Source of the DNA: an uncultured archaeon
GTDB lineage: Archaea; Thermoproteota; Nitrososphaeria; Nitrososphaerales; Gagatemarchaeaceae
Length of the DNA: 64,000 nucleotides
NCBI GenBank assembly: GCA_963817525.1
Contig: CAWFOU010000001.1
Location: forward strand, 992,001-1,056,000
Direction: 5' to 3'
The translations under genes were made by a program, and so were the position numbers. This document shows, piece by piece, positions 28,376-38,109 of this stretch (positions are counted from its first letter, which is position 1; every line of letters begins with the position of its first letter). The notes under the pieces are model-generated. The model did not search any database. It was not told the origin of the DNA and worked only from the letters and a program-made list of their open reading frames with translations.

Positions 28376-30145
28376 GTGAGCGCGATCACCCGGAGTCATT
28401 CAAGGCCGCGGGCATTGGCCACCTCTCTGTCGGTGGTCTCCGGCCTTTTGTGCTTCGTCCTCGTTTTCGCACCGGCCAGCGCGGCTGCTGCGACGCCCGC
28501 GATAGTTGTCTCCCCGCCCAACGGCCCCGTCGGTACCCTCCTGACGATCGACGGGACGGGCTTCCCAGCGAACACCCCCATCTACCTGGGATGGGTCTCC
28601 CAGAACGCGAGCTGGGACGTGAAGGCCATCCCGGTGCCGCAGGTGGCGGGGATAAGCACGACGCCCTTGGTATACAAGCTCGCGACGACTACGAGCAGCG
28701 CCTCGGGCGGCTTCTCGCTACAAGTCAAGGCGCCCGTCGATTATGGAGGCACCCACACGATTCAGGCTTATGCGACCAACGGGACTGCAATCAGCCCGGT
28801 GGCTTCATTCAGTCTGGCGCCCAGCTTCAGCGTCTCACCTTTGAGCGGGCCCGCGGGGAGCCCGATCAACGTCGTGGGGGCTGGCCTCGGCATAGGCGTA
28901 TACTCGACCACGTATTGCCTGCACTGGGACAACAACGTCGTGGGGTACATGTCAGCGGTCACCACGGGCGGGGTGGCCAACTTCACGTTCTACGCCTCTG
29001 GCACGCCGGGGACTCACTACATCTCAATTGCCCATTGCAACACCGGCCCGGGGTACTTCAACCCGGCTCAGGGTCCGCCCTCCGTCTCCGACTCCGACCC
29101 GCCATACGTCCCCTTCTACACCAACTACACCGTGATGCCTGAGAACGTCGTGCTATCGTCGGCTTCCTCCACGACGAACGACGCCTTCACCACTCACGGC
29201 GGAATCGGGGCGTCGTCCCTCGCGCTAGTCGGAGTTTTCCTCTTCGCGGGGATGGGGCTCTTCGTCTATGCGAGGAAGGGTCGCGAGGAGCGCAAGGCCA
29301 TGTCGAAAGCCGTCATAGCAGTCGCGATCATAGTGATCATAGCGATTGGAGGGATAGGGCTTTACGCGACGATGCAGTCGCACGGCACCAGTTCAACTAC
29401 CCAGACGTCCGCCGGGCCTGAGGTCGTATTCACGCCTGTGGCGACGGTGCTCCGGCCGCAAATCGCTGTGCCCGTTAACAATGTGACCACAGGCCCGATG
29501 ATCGAGGTCACCCCGACTATCGCGAGCGTAGGGTCGACGATCAATGTCACCGGTAAAGGCTTCGCTCCCAACCAGCAGTTGCCGCTCGTCATGACCGACA
29601 GAGTGGGGAGCAACCTTCTAGGCTTCAAGCTGGAGAGTCTGCCCTTCGCGAACGTGACTACCGGGGGAGACGGCTCGTTCTCGTTAAGGGCAAGGGTGCC
29701 TCTCACCTTGGGAGGAATCCACTACATCGCCGCCGGAAACCTGACCGAGCGGTCCAACGGCACCCTCTTCGTCCAGAGGACCGCGACGATCAGCGCGACC
29801 CAGGGCCCCGCTGGCACCCGGATAGTGATTCAGATGTATGGTGTTGGATGGGACTACAACACCAACATAGTCACCCTGGACTATGACAACAACTACCTAG
29901 GTTATGCCTGCGGGTTCAATAGCCAGGGGAACGTGACCATGACCATCACTGCAACCGGGGCCCCGGGGATACACGACATCGACATCTATCCGTCGATGTG
30001 GTGGGGACCGGTCACCTCTAGCAACTACCAAACACTGCCAGGCGACGGGCAACTCCTGAACTATGCGCAACCGATGCTGACGCCTTTTGACCACCCAGAG
30101 CTTATGCCTTCGTTCCACTTCACGTTCCTAATCACCTCGGGCTAG
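28376..30145 (+). CDS. Internally duplicated Ig-like (IPT/TIG-like) surface protein with a central TM hairpin
   Basis: Both halves share VP..GG.H.I.A, GPAG..I, DNN..GY and G.PG.H.I.I; two TMs near 29210-29365. Confidence 0.78.
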   Translation: MSAITRSHSRPRALATSLSVVSGLLCFVLVFAPASAAAATPAIVVSPPNGPVGTLLTIDGTGFPANTPIYLGWVSQNASWDVKAIPVPQVAGISTTPLVYKLATTTSSASGGFSLQVKAPVDYGGTHTIQAYATNGTAISPVASFSLAPSFSVSPLSGPAGSPINVVGAGLGIGVYSTTYCLHWDNNVVGYMSAVTTGGVANFTFYASGTPGTHYISIAHCNTGPGYFNPAQGPPSVSDSDPPYVPFYTNYTVMPENVVLSSASSTTNDAFTTHGGIGASSLALVGVFLFAGMGLFVYARKGREERKAMSKAVIAVAIIVIIAIGGIGLYATMQSHGTSSTTQTSAGPEVVFTPVATVLRPQIAVPVNNVTTGPMIEVTPTIASVGSTINVTGKGFAPNQQLPLVMTDRVGSNLLGFKLESLPFANVTTGGDGSFSLRARVPLTLGGIHYIAAGNLTERSNGTLFVQRTATISATQGPAGTRIVIQMYGVGWDYNTNIVTLDYDNNYLGYACGFNSQGNVTMTITATGAPGIHDIDIYPSMWWGPVTSSNYQTLPGDGQLLNYAQPMLTPFDHPELMPSFHFTFLITSG

Positions 30146-30293
30146 TCCTGGACCGGCGCGGTCTACGGTAACTATCGGAATCGAACGCGAATCCGACAAC
30201 CTAGGCATCCCCATAGCTGTTGAAGTGGGATTGTCCGAAGTGTGGCCCGAATCCAGAGTCTGAGAGAGCCGACGTTCCAGAAGTTCCGCATCT

Positions 30294-31043
30294 TCAGAAA
30301 AGATTTACGATGAAGCCCGCAATGAACCCGAGGAAGACGCCAAGGTAGGCGATCCTCTGCGCCGCGTGGTCCATGTCCCTGAAGAGCATCTTCAGCATGG
30401 GGAGGATGACGTAGAGGATTGTCCCGATGGCCACACCGTTGAAGACCAGGGTGAAGTATCGGGAGCTGTAATAGTACCCCAGGCCGCCCCCGAGTATCGT
30501 GGGGAGACCGCCCACGAGGAACAGGCCCATCATGGTCGGGACCTTCCACGAGTCCCTTCCGAGGAACGGGGATGCGATGGGGAAGCCCTCGGTAAGGTTC
30601 TGGAACGTGAACCCGACAAGGACTACGAGCGTCACGCCCGTCAGGCCGAGGGTGAAACCCAGCGACCCGAAGACCAGGCCTTCCGTCAGGTTCTGGAAGC
30701 CGATTCCCAGCGCGATCAGGAGCGCCAGCCTGGTCGGGCTGAGTCCCTTGTGCGAGCGGTTCTCGAAGAGGTAGAGGATTGCAAAGCCGGCGATGATGGA
30801 GAGCGTGAATATCGTGTCGTAGGTCGGGTTGGACCCGTAGCCCGCAAGGGTCCCCGTGCTGTAGAGTATCGGCGAGACGTCAGAGAAGATGTCCAGGAGA
30901 AGGAAGATCAGTATTCCGATGGCGGCCGCGAGGAGCATCCTTTTCCCGGAAGGTCCTAGCCTCCTGTTCATCAGCAGCGGCAGGGAGATGTAGATGGAGA
31001 GACCCATTATCGCGGAGAGCAGTAGGGTGTCCAGGAAATCCAA
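30294..31043 (-). CDS. ZIP/ZupT-family metal transporter
   Basis: 8 TMs and two FQNLTEG motifs (Gln in place of the usual His). The TTG at 31043 fits TATA spacing. Confidence 0.85.
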   Translation of the reverse strand: MDFLDTLLLSAIMGLSIYISLPLLMNRRLGPSGKRMLLAAAIGILIFLLLDIFSDVSPILYSTGTLAGYGSNPTYDTIFTLSIIAGFAILYLFENRSHKGLSPTRLALLIALGIGFQNLTEGLVFGSLGFTLGLTGVTLVVLVGFTFQNLTEGFPIASPFLGRDSWKVPTMMGLFLVGGLPTILGGGLGYYYSSRYFTLVFNGVAIGTILYVILPMLKMLFRDMDHAAQRIAYLGVFLGFIAGFIVNLF

Positions 31044-31056
31044 GTTTCCCGATGCC

Positions 31057-31079
31057 GATAACATATGTGATATATTTAA
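31057..31079 (-). promoter_or_regulatory. ZIP promoter with suf-type palindrome
   Basis: TTAAATATA (minus strand) followed by GATAACATATGTGATA, a 12/16 match to the sufC palindrome in the same position as at sufB. Confidence 0.5.
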
Positions 31080-31115
31080 CGTAGACGGCGTTAACTCCGG
31101 GGGTTAACGGTGTTA

Positions 31116-31685
31116 TTAACGGCCTGACGTCGTGGCCGGGCCGAGCCCCGAACGCGCGATCTGCCTGAGGTAGTAGTAGACCGAGAGGACGTCGACGACG
31201 ATGATGACCTCGACGATGGCCTCCTGGTACGCGGCGAGGAAGGACAGGACCCCGCTCACCTCGAGCGAGTTCAACCCGATGAAGTACATCAGAGGCCCGA
31301 GCAGCGGGAGGTTGCACGAGCACGTCGCGACGAACGCCCCAAGCGCGACCCCGACCGGGCTCTGCGCGACACCCACCACGGAGCGGCGCCTAAGCGCCAG
31401 CCTCAGGTAGGCGACCGCCACCGTCGCCTGAGCGGACGATGCGAGAATGATGAGGAACAGGAGCGAGTACGGGATCGTAAGGAGGAAGTAGCCCCCGTTA
31501 GTGTGTAGAATCAGCTCGTAGAAGAGAAGGTAGTAGGCTGCGAAGAAGACCGCGTTGGTCAGCAGGGTCTTCCAAGAGGAGTAGAGCGCGATGAGCGTGT
31601 GGAGGACCCCGTCTCTGGACCTCGCCTGACTAGCCCTCCCTCGCGATGTACCCGCCGACATCTGCCTCCCATGCGCAATCCCCAT
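31116..31685 (-). CDS. 4-TM membrane protein with intramembrane CSC motif
   Basis: FVATCSCNLPLL; start uncertain. Confidence 0.7.
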   Translation of the reverse strand: MGIAHGRQMSAGTSRGRASQARSRDGVLHTLIALYSSWKTLLTNAVFFAAYYLLFYELILHTNGGYFLLTIPYSLLFLIILASSAQATVAVAYLRLALRRRSVVGVAQSPVGVALGAFVATCSCNLPLLGPLMYFIGLNSLEVSGVLSFLAAYQEAIVEVIIVVDVLSVYYYLRQIARSGLGPATTSGR

Positions 31686-31819
31686 CGATATGAAGCTCTC
31701 CCCGCAGGTCGTTCGCTTGAGCCTGGACGCGGACCGGCCCGACCGCTGACTTTTCGGGCGATTATGAGAATCTTTTATAAAGTCGACAGTTATCGACTAG
31801 TCTTCATCGAGGTATTTTC

Positions 31820-33775
31820 TTGGCTAGACTAGCGAGGTTTGCCTTTATCGTCGTAGCGGCCCTTCTTGTGTTCGGCGGGTTCTCGAACGCGGTCGTACAC
31901 GCCCAGCAGGCCTCGTCTCCCGTCTCGGTCGCCGATTGGCCGACATCGTCCTTCAACTACCAGAACACGAACTACGACCCCCAGACCGTTATCAACTCCA
32001 ACAACGTGCAGAACCTGCAGCTGCGCTGGCTCTACCAGATAGCAGTCAACCCCTTCAACATCCCTGGCGCCCCGCCGGCCTTGGGAATAGAGACACAGCC
32101 GATAGTCTCGCAGGGCATCATATACATCGCGACTCCTTACAACGACGTGATCGCGCTGAACTCCGCGACCGGATCCTTGCTTTGGTCGGACCAGTTCAAC
32201 ATGACGTCGTTCATCGGGGAAAAATGGTGGTCGGGGGCGTACGTGATAAGCGGCCTCTCATTGTACAACCAGACGCTCTACGCGATGGCCTCTGACACCA
32301 CTGTCTATGCCATGAACGCGATAACAGGGACCATCGAGTGGACGATTCCAGCCGTGGCAGCGAACATACAGGGGAACACGGGAACCTACTACGGGGAAAA
32401 GGCACCCATCATCGTGGGCGACAACATCATAGTGAGGGCCTCGACGACGGACTACGGAGGCAGGGGGTTCGTCGCGGCCTATAACCTCCAGTCCAGGCAG
32501 CTTTCCTGGATCTGGTACTCGACGCCTCCCTCGACGGGACCCATTGATACGAACTGGGACATGCAGGACATGGTGACCCTCGGGAACGGCTCCACGGTGG
32601 ATTACGGACAGCCGCCGGGGAACATACCTGCGTACCCTGGCGACTGGGGAACGACCACCCAGGACCAGTTCTTGGCGGGGGGCGGAGCCGCGTGGGGGCT
32701 GATAGCGGTCAACAACGCGACAGGCGTGATCTACTTCTCGACTGGACACCCGTCTGATGCGTACAACGCGGCCCTCAGGCCGGGCCCCAACCTATACACT
32801 GACTGCGTCATAGCGCTGAACACCACCGACGGGAAGATGCTCTGGTATTACCAGATGACGTCTCACGACATCACCGAGCACGAAGGAGGGTGGAGCGTGG
32901 GTCTCTCAACCGTTACCATCAATGGGACGGCGGTCCAGGTGGTCACCCAGGCCTCAAAGAACAACGAGATCTACGTGCTCAACGCCCAGACGGGCAAACC
33001 TGTCTACACGCCGATAAAGGTCGGGCCGCCATCGAAGAACGACTTGAACGACGGCCTGACCAGCGACTCCACCCCGCCGGCCAACCTGAACGCCTCCCAG
33101 ACCCTTTTGGGCATCGACCAGGAGATTTGCCCGGGGACCGACGGCGGGATAGAGATGGCGCCGGCGATAGACGGGAACATGCTCTACGCGGTGACCCAGA
33201 ACGCGTGCGGAGAGATGACGCCAGGACCATACACCTACAAGGGGGAGACGCTGAGCGGGTTCCTCTATACGGGGGACCAGTCGGCCGAGCAGAACGCCAC
33301 CCTTTACGCGATAAACCTCTCCACCGGGCAGTCGGTGTGGCATGACAACCTCCCGAACAGGTATCAGGGGTCGTCGGCGGTGGTCAGCGGGGGCGTGATT
33401 TACGTGATTGACAGGGCCGGGATACTGTACGAGTTCAACCAGCAGACGGGAAAGGAGATCAACAGCGTGGGACTCAATGGCGTCGGCGCCGCCGGGGTCG
33501 CCATCGGGGAGGACAGCGCGGGCAACATGATGGTCTTCGCCCCTGCTGGAGGAGGAAGCGATCCGGAGCCGACCTCGGGAGTGCTCGTCGCCTACTGGCT
33601 AGGCCAGACTACTACGACTAGCTCTGGCACCGGCACATCGTCCGGCACGGCCGTGGGGCTGGGTGGCCTAGAGCAGCCGATCATCATAGTCCTGGGCGTC
33701 GCGGTAGTAGTGCTCGCTATGTACGTGCTGGTGAAGAGACGGGCGCCTCAGCGACCTGCGGCCGGGACTCAGTAG
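31820..33775 (+). CDS. PQQ-dehydrogenase-like beta-propeller 1 (signal peptide, C-terminal TM)
   Basis: NVQNLQLRW, GRGFVAAY, RPGPNLYTDCVIAL..WYYQ..HD and CPG..GG. Confidence 0.88.
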   Translation: MARLARFAFIVVAALLVFGGFSNAVVHAQQASSPVSVADWPTSSFNYQNTNYDPQTVINSNNVQNLQLRWLYQIAVNPFNIPGAPPALGIETQPIVSQGIIYIATPYNDVIALNSATGSLLWSDQFNMTSFIGEKWWSGAYVISGLSLYNQTLYAMASDTTVYAMNAITGTIEWTIPAVAANIQGNTGTYYGEKAPIIVGDNIIVRASTTDYGGRGFVAAYNLQSRQLSWIWYSTPPSTGPIDTNWDMQDMVTLGNGSTVDYGQPPGNIPAYPGDWGTTTQDQFLAGGGAAWGLIAVNNATGVIYFSTGHPSDAYNAALRPGPNLYTDCVIALNTTDGKMLWYYQMTSHDITEHEGGWSVGLSTVTINGTAVQVVTQASKNNEIYVLNAQTGKPVYTPIKVGPPSKNDLNDGLTSDSTPPANLNASQTLLGIDQEICPGTDGGIEMAPAIDGNMLYAVTQNACGEMTPGPYTYKGETLSGFLYTGDQSAEQNATLYAINLSTGQSVWHDNLPNRYQGSSAVVSGGVIYVIDRAGILYEFNQQTGKEINSVGLNGVGAAGVAIGEDSAGNMMVFAPAGGGSDPEPTSGVLVAYWLGQTTTTSSGTGTSSGTAVGLGGLEQPIIIVLGVAVVVLAMYVLVKRRAPQRPAAGTQ

Positions 33776-35237
33776 GCTCTCGGCCCCTCCAAGCAAAGTA
33801 CACCGCGATGGCCGCGAGACCGGCTCCGACCAGGAAGAAGAGGTCCGTAGCGCCTATGTATTTCCCGGGCGTGATAGTCCCGCCGGTCTTGTCTAGACCG
33901 AAGAGGTAGAGCCCGATGAGGATGCTCCCGATGGCGAGGCTGATGCTCTGCCCGGTCGACCGCATCATTCCGAGTATACCGTTTGCGGATGCCCGGTCAC
34001 CGGGAGGGACGGAGGCGAGGTTGGCGTTAGTGTTGGTGGGAGCGAATATCCCCACGCCCGACCCGAGCATCGCAAGGAGGAATCCTATGAGGTAAATCGA
34101 AGAGGTCTCGGCGAGGGTGCTAAGCAAGAGGAGGGCCACGGTCACTATGACACACCCGGCGACCGAAGGGTCGCGGCTGGATGTCCTGCTGGCGATCCAT
34201 CCTCCGAAGAGCGCGAAGACGGTGACCGAGAGGGGTTCGACGGTGAGGAGGAAGCCGGCGCTGAGAGGGCTGACCCCTCGGATTAGTTCGAGATAGAAGG
34301 AAAGCAGGATGAGCGTTCCATAGTGCGCCATGTAGACGAAGAGGGCCGAGAAGTTGGTTGACGCGAACATGGAGTTGGTCCTGAACGTCTCGAAGTTTAT
34401 GACGGGCTGCGAGGTGGTCCTCTCTCTGGCGACGAAGAGTACGGTGGAGACCACCGCAACAGAGCCTATCAGCCACAGGGGTATCGATATCTCCACGTTG
34501 GGGTAGAAGTAGAAGGAGAGGAACTGCAGCTGCTGGATGTACATGTTGATCGGGATCGTCCCGTTCGAGGAGTATGAGGTGAGGGCGACCAGCGCCGACC
34601 CGAGCGCCCCCGTGAAGAAGATGGCGCCGAGCCAGTCCGTCTTGACCTTGAGGTTCTTCGGGCTCTCCCTTATCGCGAAGAGGGAGATGGGTATCGCGAT
34701 GGCAGCTATCGCCGACCCGGCATAGAAGACGTACCTCCAGCCCAGCGACGAGGTCACGTCGACTATCGTGCCGGTCAGCGCGACCCCGACGGTCATCCCG
34801 ATGTAGATGACCGAAATGTGGGTCCCGAGCGCGAAGCCCCTCTCCTTGGGTGGGAACGCGTCGACGATGAGCGCCCTCCCGTTGGAGAGGATGAAGGCGC
34901 CGCCGAGGGCTTGGATGACCCTGTAGATCAGCAGGTCGTAGATGGTGAGGGAGTTCCCCGAGAGGTACGCGCCGATGGAGAATAGTGCGAGGCCCAAGAT
35001 GAAGTAGCGCTTGCGCCCGTGCCGGTCCGAGAACTTGCCGAAGATCGGCATGAAGGCGGCGGTGATGATGAGCGACTCTAGGGGGACCCACAGGACCAGC
35101 TGGACGGGGGCCTTCAGGTTCAGGGCGATGGTGGGAAGTATCAGCGACATTATCCCGGTGTCTAGCGGCGGGACGAAGTTGCCGATGTTCACCGCTGCGA
35201 GGGAGAACCACTTGCGCCGCTTCGCGAGCGCTTGCAC
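33717..35237 (-). CDS. MFS transporter, DHA2 (EmrB/QacA) type
   Basis: 14 TMs, GKFSDRHGRK, RVIQALG and WRYVF. Confidence 0.9.
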   Translation of the reverse strand: MQALAKRRKWFSLAAVNIGNFVPPLDTGIMSLILPTIALNLKAPVQLVLWVPLESLIITAAFMPIFGKFSDRHGRKRYFILGLALFSIGAYLSGNSLTIYDLLIYRVIQALGGAFILSNGRALIVDAFPPKERGFALGTHISVIYIGMTVGVALTGTIVDVTSSLGWRYVFYAGSAIAAIAIPISLFAIRESPKNLKVKTDWLGAIFFTGALGSALVALTSYSSNGTIPINMYIQQLQFLSFYFYPNVEISIPLWLIGSVAVVSTVLFVARERTTSQPVINFETFRTNSMFASTNFSALFVYMAHYGTLILLSFYLELIRGVSPLSAGFLLTVEPLSVTVFALFGGWIASRTSSRDPSVAGCVIVTVALLLLSTLAETSSIYLIGFLLAMLGSGVGIFAPTNTNANLASVPPGDRASANGILGMMRSTGQSISLAIGSILIGLYLFGLDKTGGTITPGKYIGATDLFFLVGAGLAAIAVYFAWRGREPTESRPQVAEAPVSSPART

Positions 35238-35377
35238 GTCACGCGGCGCGCGGATGGCGTCCTTTAAGACCGTTCCGAGGGCTCGCTAGCCGGCTCTGAG
35301 AACGGAGGACGAAAGAGGTGGGCGTCAGGCAATCCAACCTTAAAGAGGCCCCGCCGACGGGACGGGCGAGAAGGCCC

Positions 35378-37312
35378 ATGGCGGATTCTCGGAGGTGGAG
35401 GTCTCTTTCGGCCGGGCTCCTGCTCTTCCTCTTGCTCTGGCTCGCGCTCCCGGTAGCCCCCGCCGAGTCGAAGCCTGCAGCCGCATCGGGCTCCTCGGCC
35501 CAGTGGACCACGATGAACGCGAACTCCAACCACACCAACTACGTCCCCCAGAGTCAGATCGGGGCCTCCAACGTACAGGACCTGCAGCTCGCTTGGACCT
35601 TCCCGTTCCCCGCGGTCACGAGCGTGCCGGGCCTCAGCGTCACGGGGCAGGGCGCGATAGCGCCGCCGCTGGTGGTCAACGGCACGGTATACGTCGTGAC
35701 CAACTACCTCACCGTCTACGCGATAGACGCCGAGACGGGAGGCGTCCTGTGGTCTTATCAGGCGGTGCTCAACGAGACGGGGCTCCCACTGGGGCCTCTG
35801 GACGGCCATATGCACGGGATCAACTATTACCGCGGTGACATATGGGTGAGCTGGCCTGACTGCTCGGTGGACGCCCTGAACGCCATCACGGGGACAGTCG
35901 ACATGCAGATTTCTGACATCTGCAAGGACATCCCGGGGAATGCTGGCTACTACGACGGGGTGGGGGTGCCCTCAGTCTTCGACGGAGACACGATGATCTG
36001 GACCAGCTCGGTCTCAGAGGGGACCAACGTGGGGAGGGGGTTCGTGGCGGCCTACAACATCACGAGTGGTGAGCTGCTTTGGAGGTGGTACGTCGCCCCG
36101 CCCGCTGGAGGGGACCCCGACTGGGACACGGACTCTTGCTCGACCAATTCCACCTCGACGTGCCACGGGAACGTCGCCCCCTACCCCGGAGACTGGGGGA
36201 CCTTGACCCTCGACAACCCCGGCCTCACCGGTCCCCTGGCCGGGGCGGGGCCAGGCTTCGGCGACCCCTTGGTGGACACGCAGCACGGGATAGTCTTCGT
36301 CTCGACCTCACAGGCGTCCCCCGACTGGAACGGGACATACAGGCCGGGGCCCGACCTCTACGCCGACTCCGTCATCGCGCTGAACGCCACCAACGGCGAC
36401 ATGATCTGGTTCTACCAGACAACCCCCCACGACCTATACGACTTCGACTGCGGCTGGAACACCGTGCTCGGGAGCGTCACGCAGGGAGGCAGCACTCAGG
36501 AAGCGATCTTCAAGGCGTGCAAGAACGGGTATCTCTACGCCATCAACGCCCTGACCGGGAAACTCCTCTGGTACTTCGACCCCCCCACCGTGTCGAGGCT
36601 CGGCACGGGGAACGCCAACTACGTGGTGACTGGGAACTACTCAGCTACCCTCCCTTGGATAAACTACCCGTCAACACAGGAGTTCGAGCAGTGCCCCGGG
36701 GAGAACGGGGCAGTGGAATCGGATATCGCCTACTCCAACTCCCTGATATACGTCGCCACGATGAACTTCTGCAGCTTCGGGGAGGTGGCGCCGGTCGGGA
36801 TCGAGGGGGCGGAGTACTGGGGGGTCGGGAACATCACCCCTGACTACTCGCAGGCCAACACCACCATCTACGCCGTCCACGCCTCCAACGGCTCGGTGGC
36901 CTGGAGCTACAACATGGCCTCGATCCCCTACCGGGGCTGGCTCACGGCGAGCAATGGGCTGCTTTTCGCAGGGGCCCTCGATGGCAGCATCCACATCCTC
37001 AACGCCGCCACGGGGAAGCAGGTCTACGACCTCTACGTCGGGCCTCCGCTCTACGAGAGCCCGACGCTGGGCGCGGGCATCGACGGACAGGTCTACCTCT
37101 ACCAGCTCACCGGGGACGCGGCGTACGGCTCCCTGGGCGGGGGGACGCCGGGGGACATCATCGCCTTCACCCTCCAGGCCCCTCCTCCTCCCTCGTGGGA
37201 GAGCTACGTCCCCGCGGTCGCCGTAGGGCTCCTCGCGGCTGTCGTTGTAGTCCTGCTCGTGGACAACAGGTCGCTGAGGAACGCCGCGAGGCGGTCGCCG
37301 CCGCCGGCCTAG
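35378..37312 (+). CDS. PQQ-dehydrogenase-like beta-propeller 2 (signal peptide, C-terminal TM)
   Basis: NVQDLQLAW, GRGFVAAY, RPGPDLYADSVIAL..YQTTPHDLYDFD, KNG and CPG. Confidence 0.9.
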   Translation: MADSRRWRSLSAGLLLFLLLWLALPVAPAESKPAAASGSSAQWTTMNANSNHTNYVPQSQIGASNVQDLQLAWTFPFPAVTSVPGLSVTGQGAIAPPLVVNGTVYVVTNYLTVYAIDAETGGVLWSYQAVLNETGLPLGPLDGHMHGINYYRGDIWVSWPDCSVDALNAITGTVDMQISDICKDIPGNAGYYDGVGVPSVFDGDTMIWTSSVSEGTNVGRGFVAAYNITSGELLWRWYVAPPAGGDPDWDTDSCSTNSTSTCHGNVAPYPGDWGTLTLDNPGLTGPLAGAGPGFGDPLVDTQHGIVFVSTSQASPDWNGTYRPGPDLYADSVIALNATNGDMIWFYQTTPHDLYDFDCGWNTVLGSVTQGGSTQEAIFKACKNGYLYAINALTGKLLWYFDPPTVSRLGTGNANYVVTGNYSATLPWINYPSTQEFEQCPGENGAVESDIAYSNSLIYVATMNFCSFGEVAPVGIEGAEYWGVGNITPDYSQANTTIYAVHASNGSVAWSYNMASIPYRGWLTASNGLLFAGALDGSIHILNAATGKQVYDLYVGPPLYESPTLGAGIDGQVYLYQLTGDAAYGSLGGGTPGDIIAFTLQAPPPPSWESYVPAVAVGLLAAVVVVLLVDNRSLRNAARRSPPPA

Positions 37313-38109
37313 CTTGCGAGCGAGTCCGCGAGCGGCCAGTCCTGGACGACATAGGCAACGAAGATCGCGTCGTGGAGGCTCCAGTAGATGTCCGCCATCG
37401 ACTCGGCAGCCCTGATCGCGCGCAGCTGCGCCTCCCTGGTCTGGCAGTATCGCAGCACGATGCGAAGGGTCGTCTCGTTGGCCTCGTCAAGCTGCCCAAG
37501 CCTCGACATGAAGAATCTGTAGCCTTCGGGCTCTATCCACGGATAGTGGCGCTTGAAGGCCTCGATCCTCTTGACCAGCTCCCCCTTTGCGAAGTATTCT
37601 ATCAGCGAGGCGGCGACGCCCTCCGTCCAGTCAGCCCTCCTCGCGAAGTTCACGTACCCGTCCACGGCGAACCTCACCCCGGGAAGGCAGGTCGCCCTTA
37701 GGATGTCGTCCCTCGCGACTCCCGCCGATTCCGCGAAGCCCACCCACCCCTCCACGTCGCCGATGCTCCCGCCCAGCCCCTCGCGCTTCAGGATCCTGCC
37801 GATCCATAGCCGCCTCACGTCGGTCTCCGGGCAGTTCGAGAGGATGGCCGCGTCCTTGATGGGGATGTTCTTCTGGAGGTAGAACCTGTTGATGATCCAG
37901 GCCCTGACCTGTTTCGGCGTGAGCTTCCCCTGGTAGAGCATGACCATGAGGGGGTGCTTGTCCTGGTTCTTCACCCTGAGCTTCCCTTCGAGGAGGGTGA
38001 GGAACTCTGCCCTCGCGAGCGGCGTCCCCTCCACTACAGCCTTGGGCCTCGCGGCCTGGCTCGCGGCGCGGGAGGCCTTGGCCCTCGTCGCCGTCACCCG
38101 CTTGCTCAC
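37309..38109 (-). CDS. PqqC-like protein (divergent active site)
   Basis: NRFYLQKNIPIKDAAILSNCP, LPGVRFAVDGYVNFAR and HYPWI. The GTG at 38109 overlaps the upstream stop. Confidence 0.88.
   Translation of the reverse strand: MSKRVTATRAKASRAASQAARPKAVVEGTPLARAEFLTLLEGKLRVKNQDKHPLMVMLYQGKLTPKQVRAWIINRFYLQKNIPIKDAAILSNCPETDVRRLWIGRILKREGLGGSIGDVEGWVGFAESAGVARDDILRATCLPGVRFAVDGYVNFARRADWTEGVAASLIEYFAKGELVKRIEAFKRHYPWIEPEGYRFFMSRLGQLDEANETTLRIVLRYCQTREAQLRAIRAAESMADIYWSLHDAIFVAYVVQDWPLADSLAS

Noticed and set aside
28840-28853. Third copy of the tRNA-end 14-mer as a possible island boundary
   Set aside because: It lies in frame within an intact CDS (LSGP of a repeated GPAG motif) with no compositional break.
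33717-33775. Convergent overlap between PQQ propeller 1 and the MFS gene
   Set aside because: Short tail-to-tail overlaps are common throughout this compact window.
36420-36450. D-x-D motif as proof of lanthanide dependence
   Set aside because: D-x-D also occurs in non-lanthanide quinoproteins such as membrane glucose dehydrogenase, and the other ADH hallmarks are missing.
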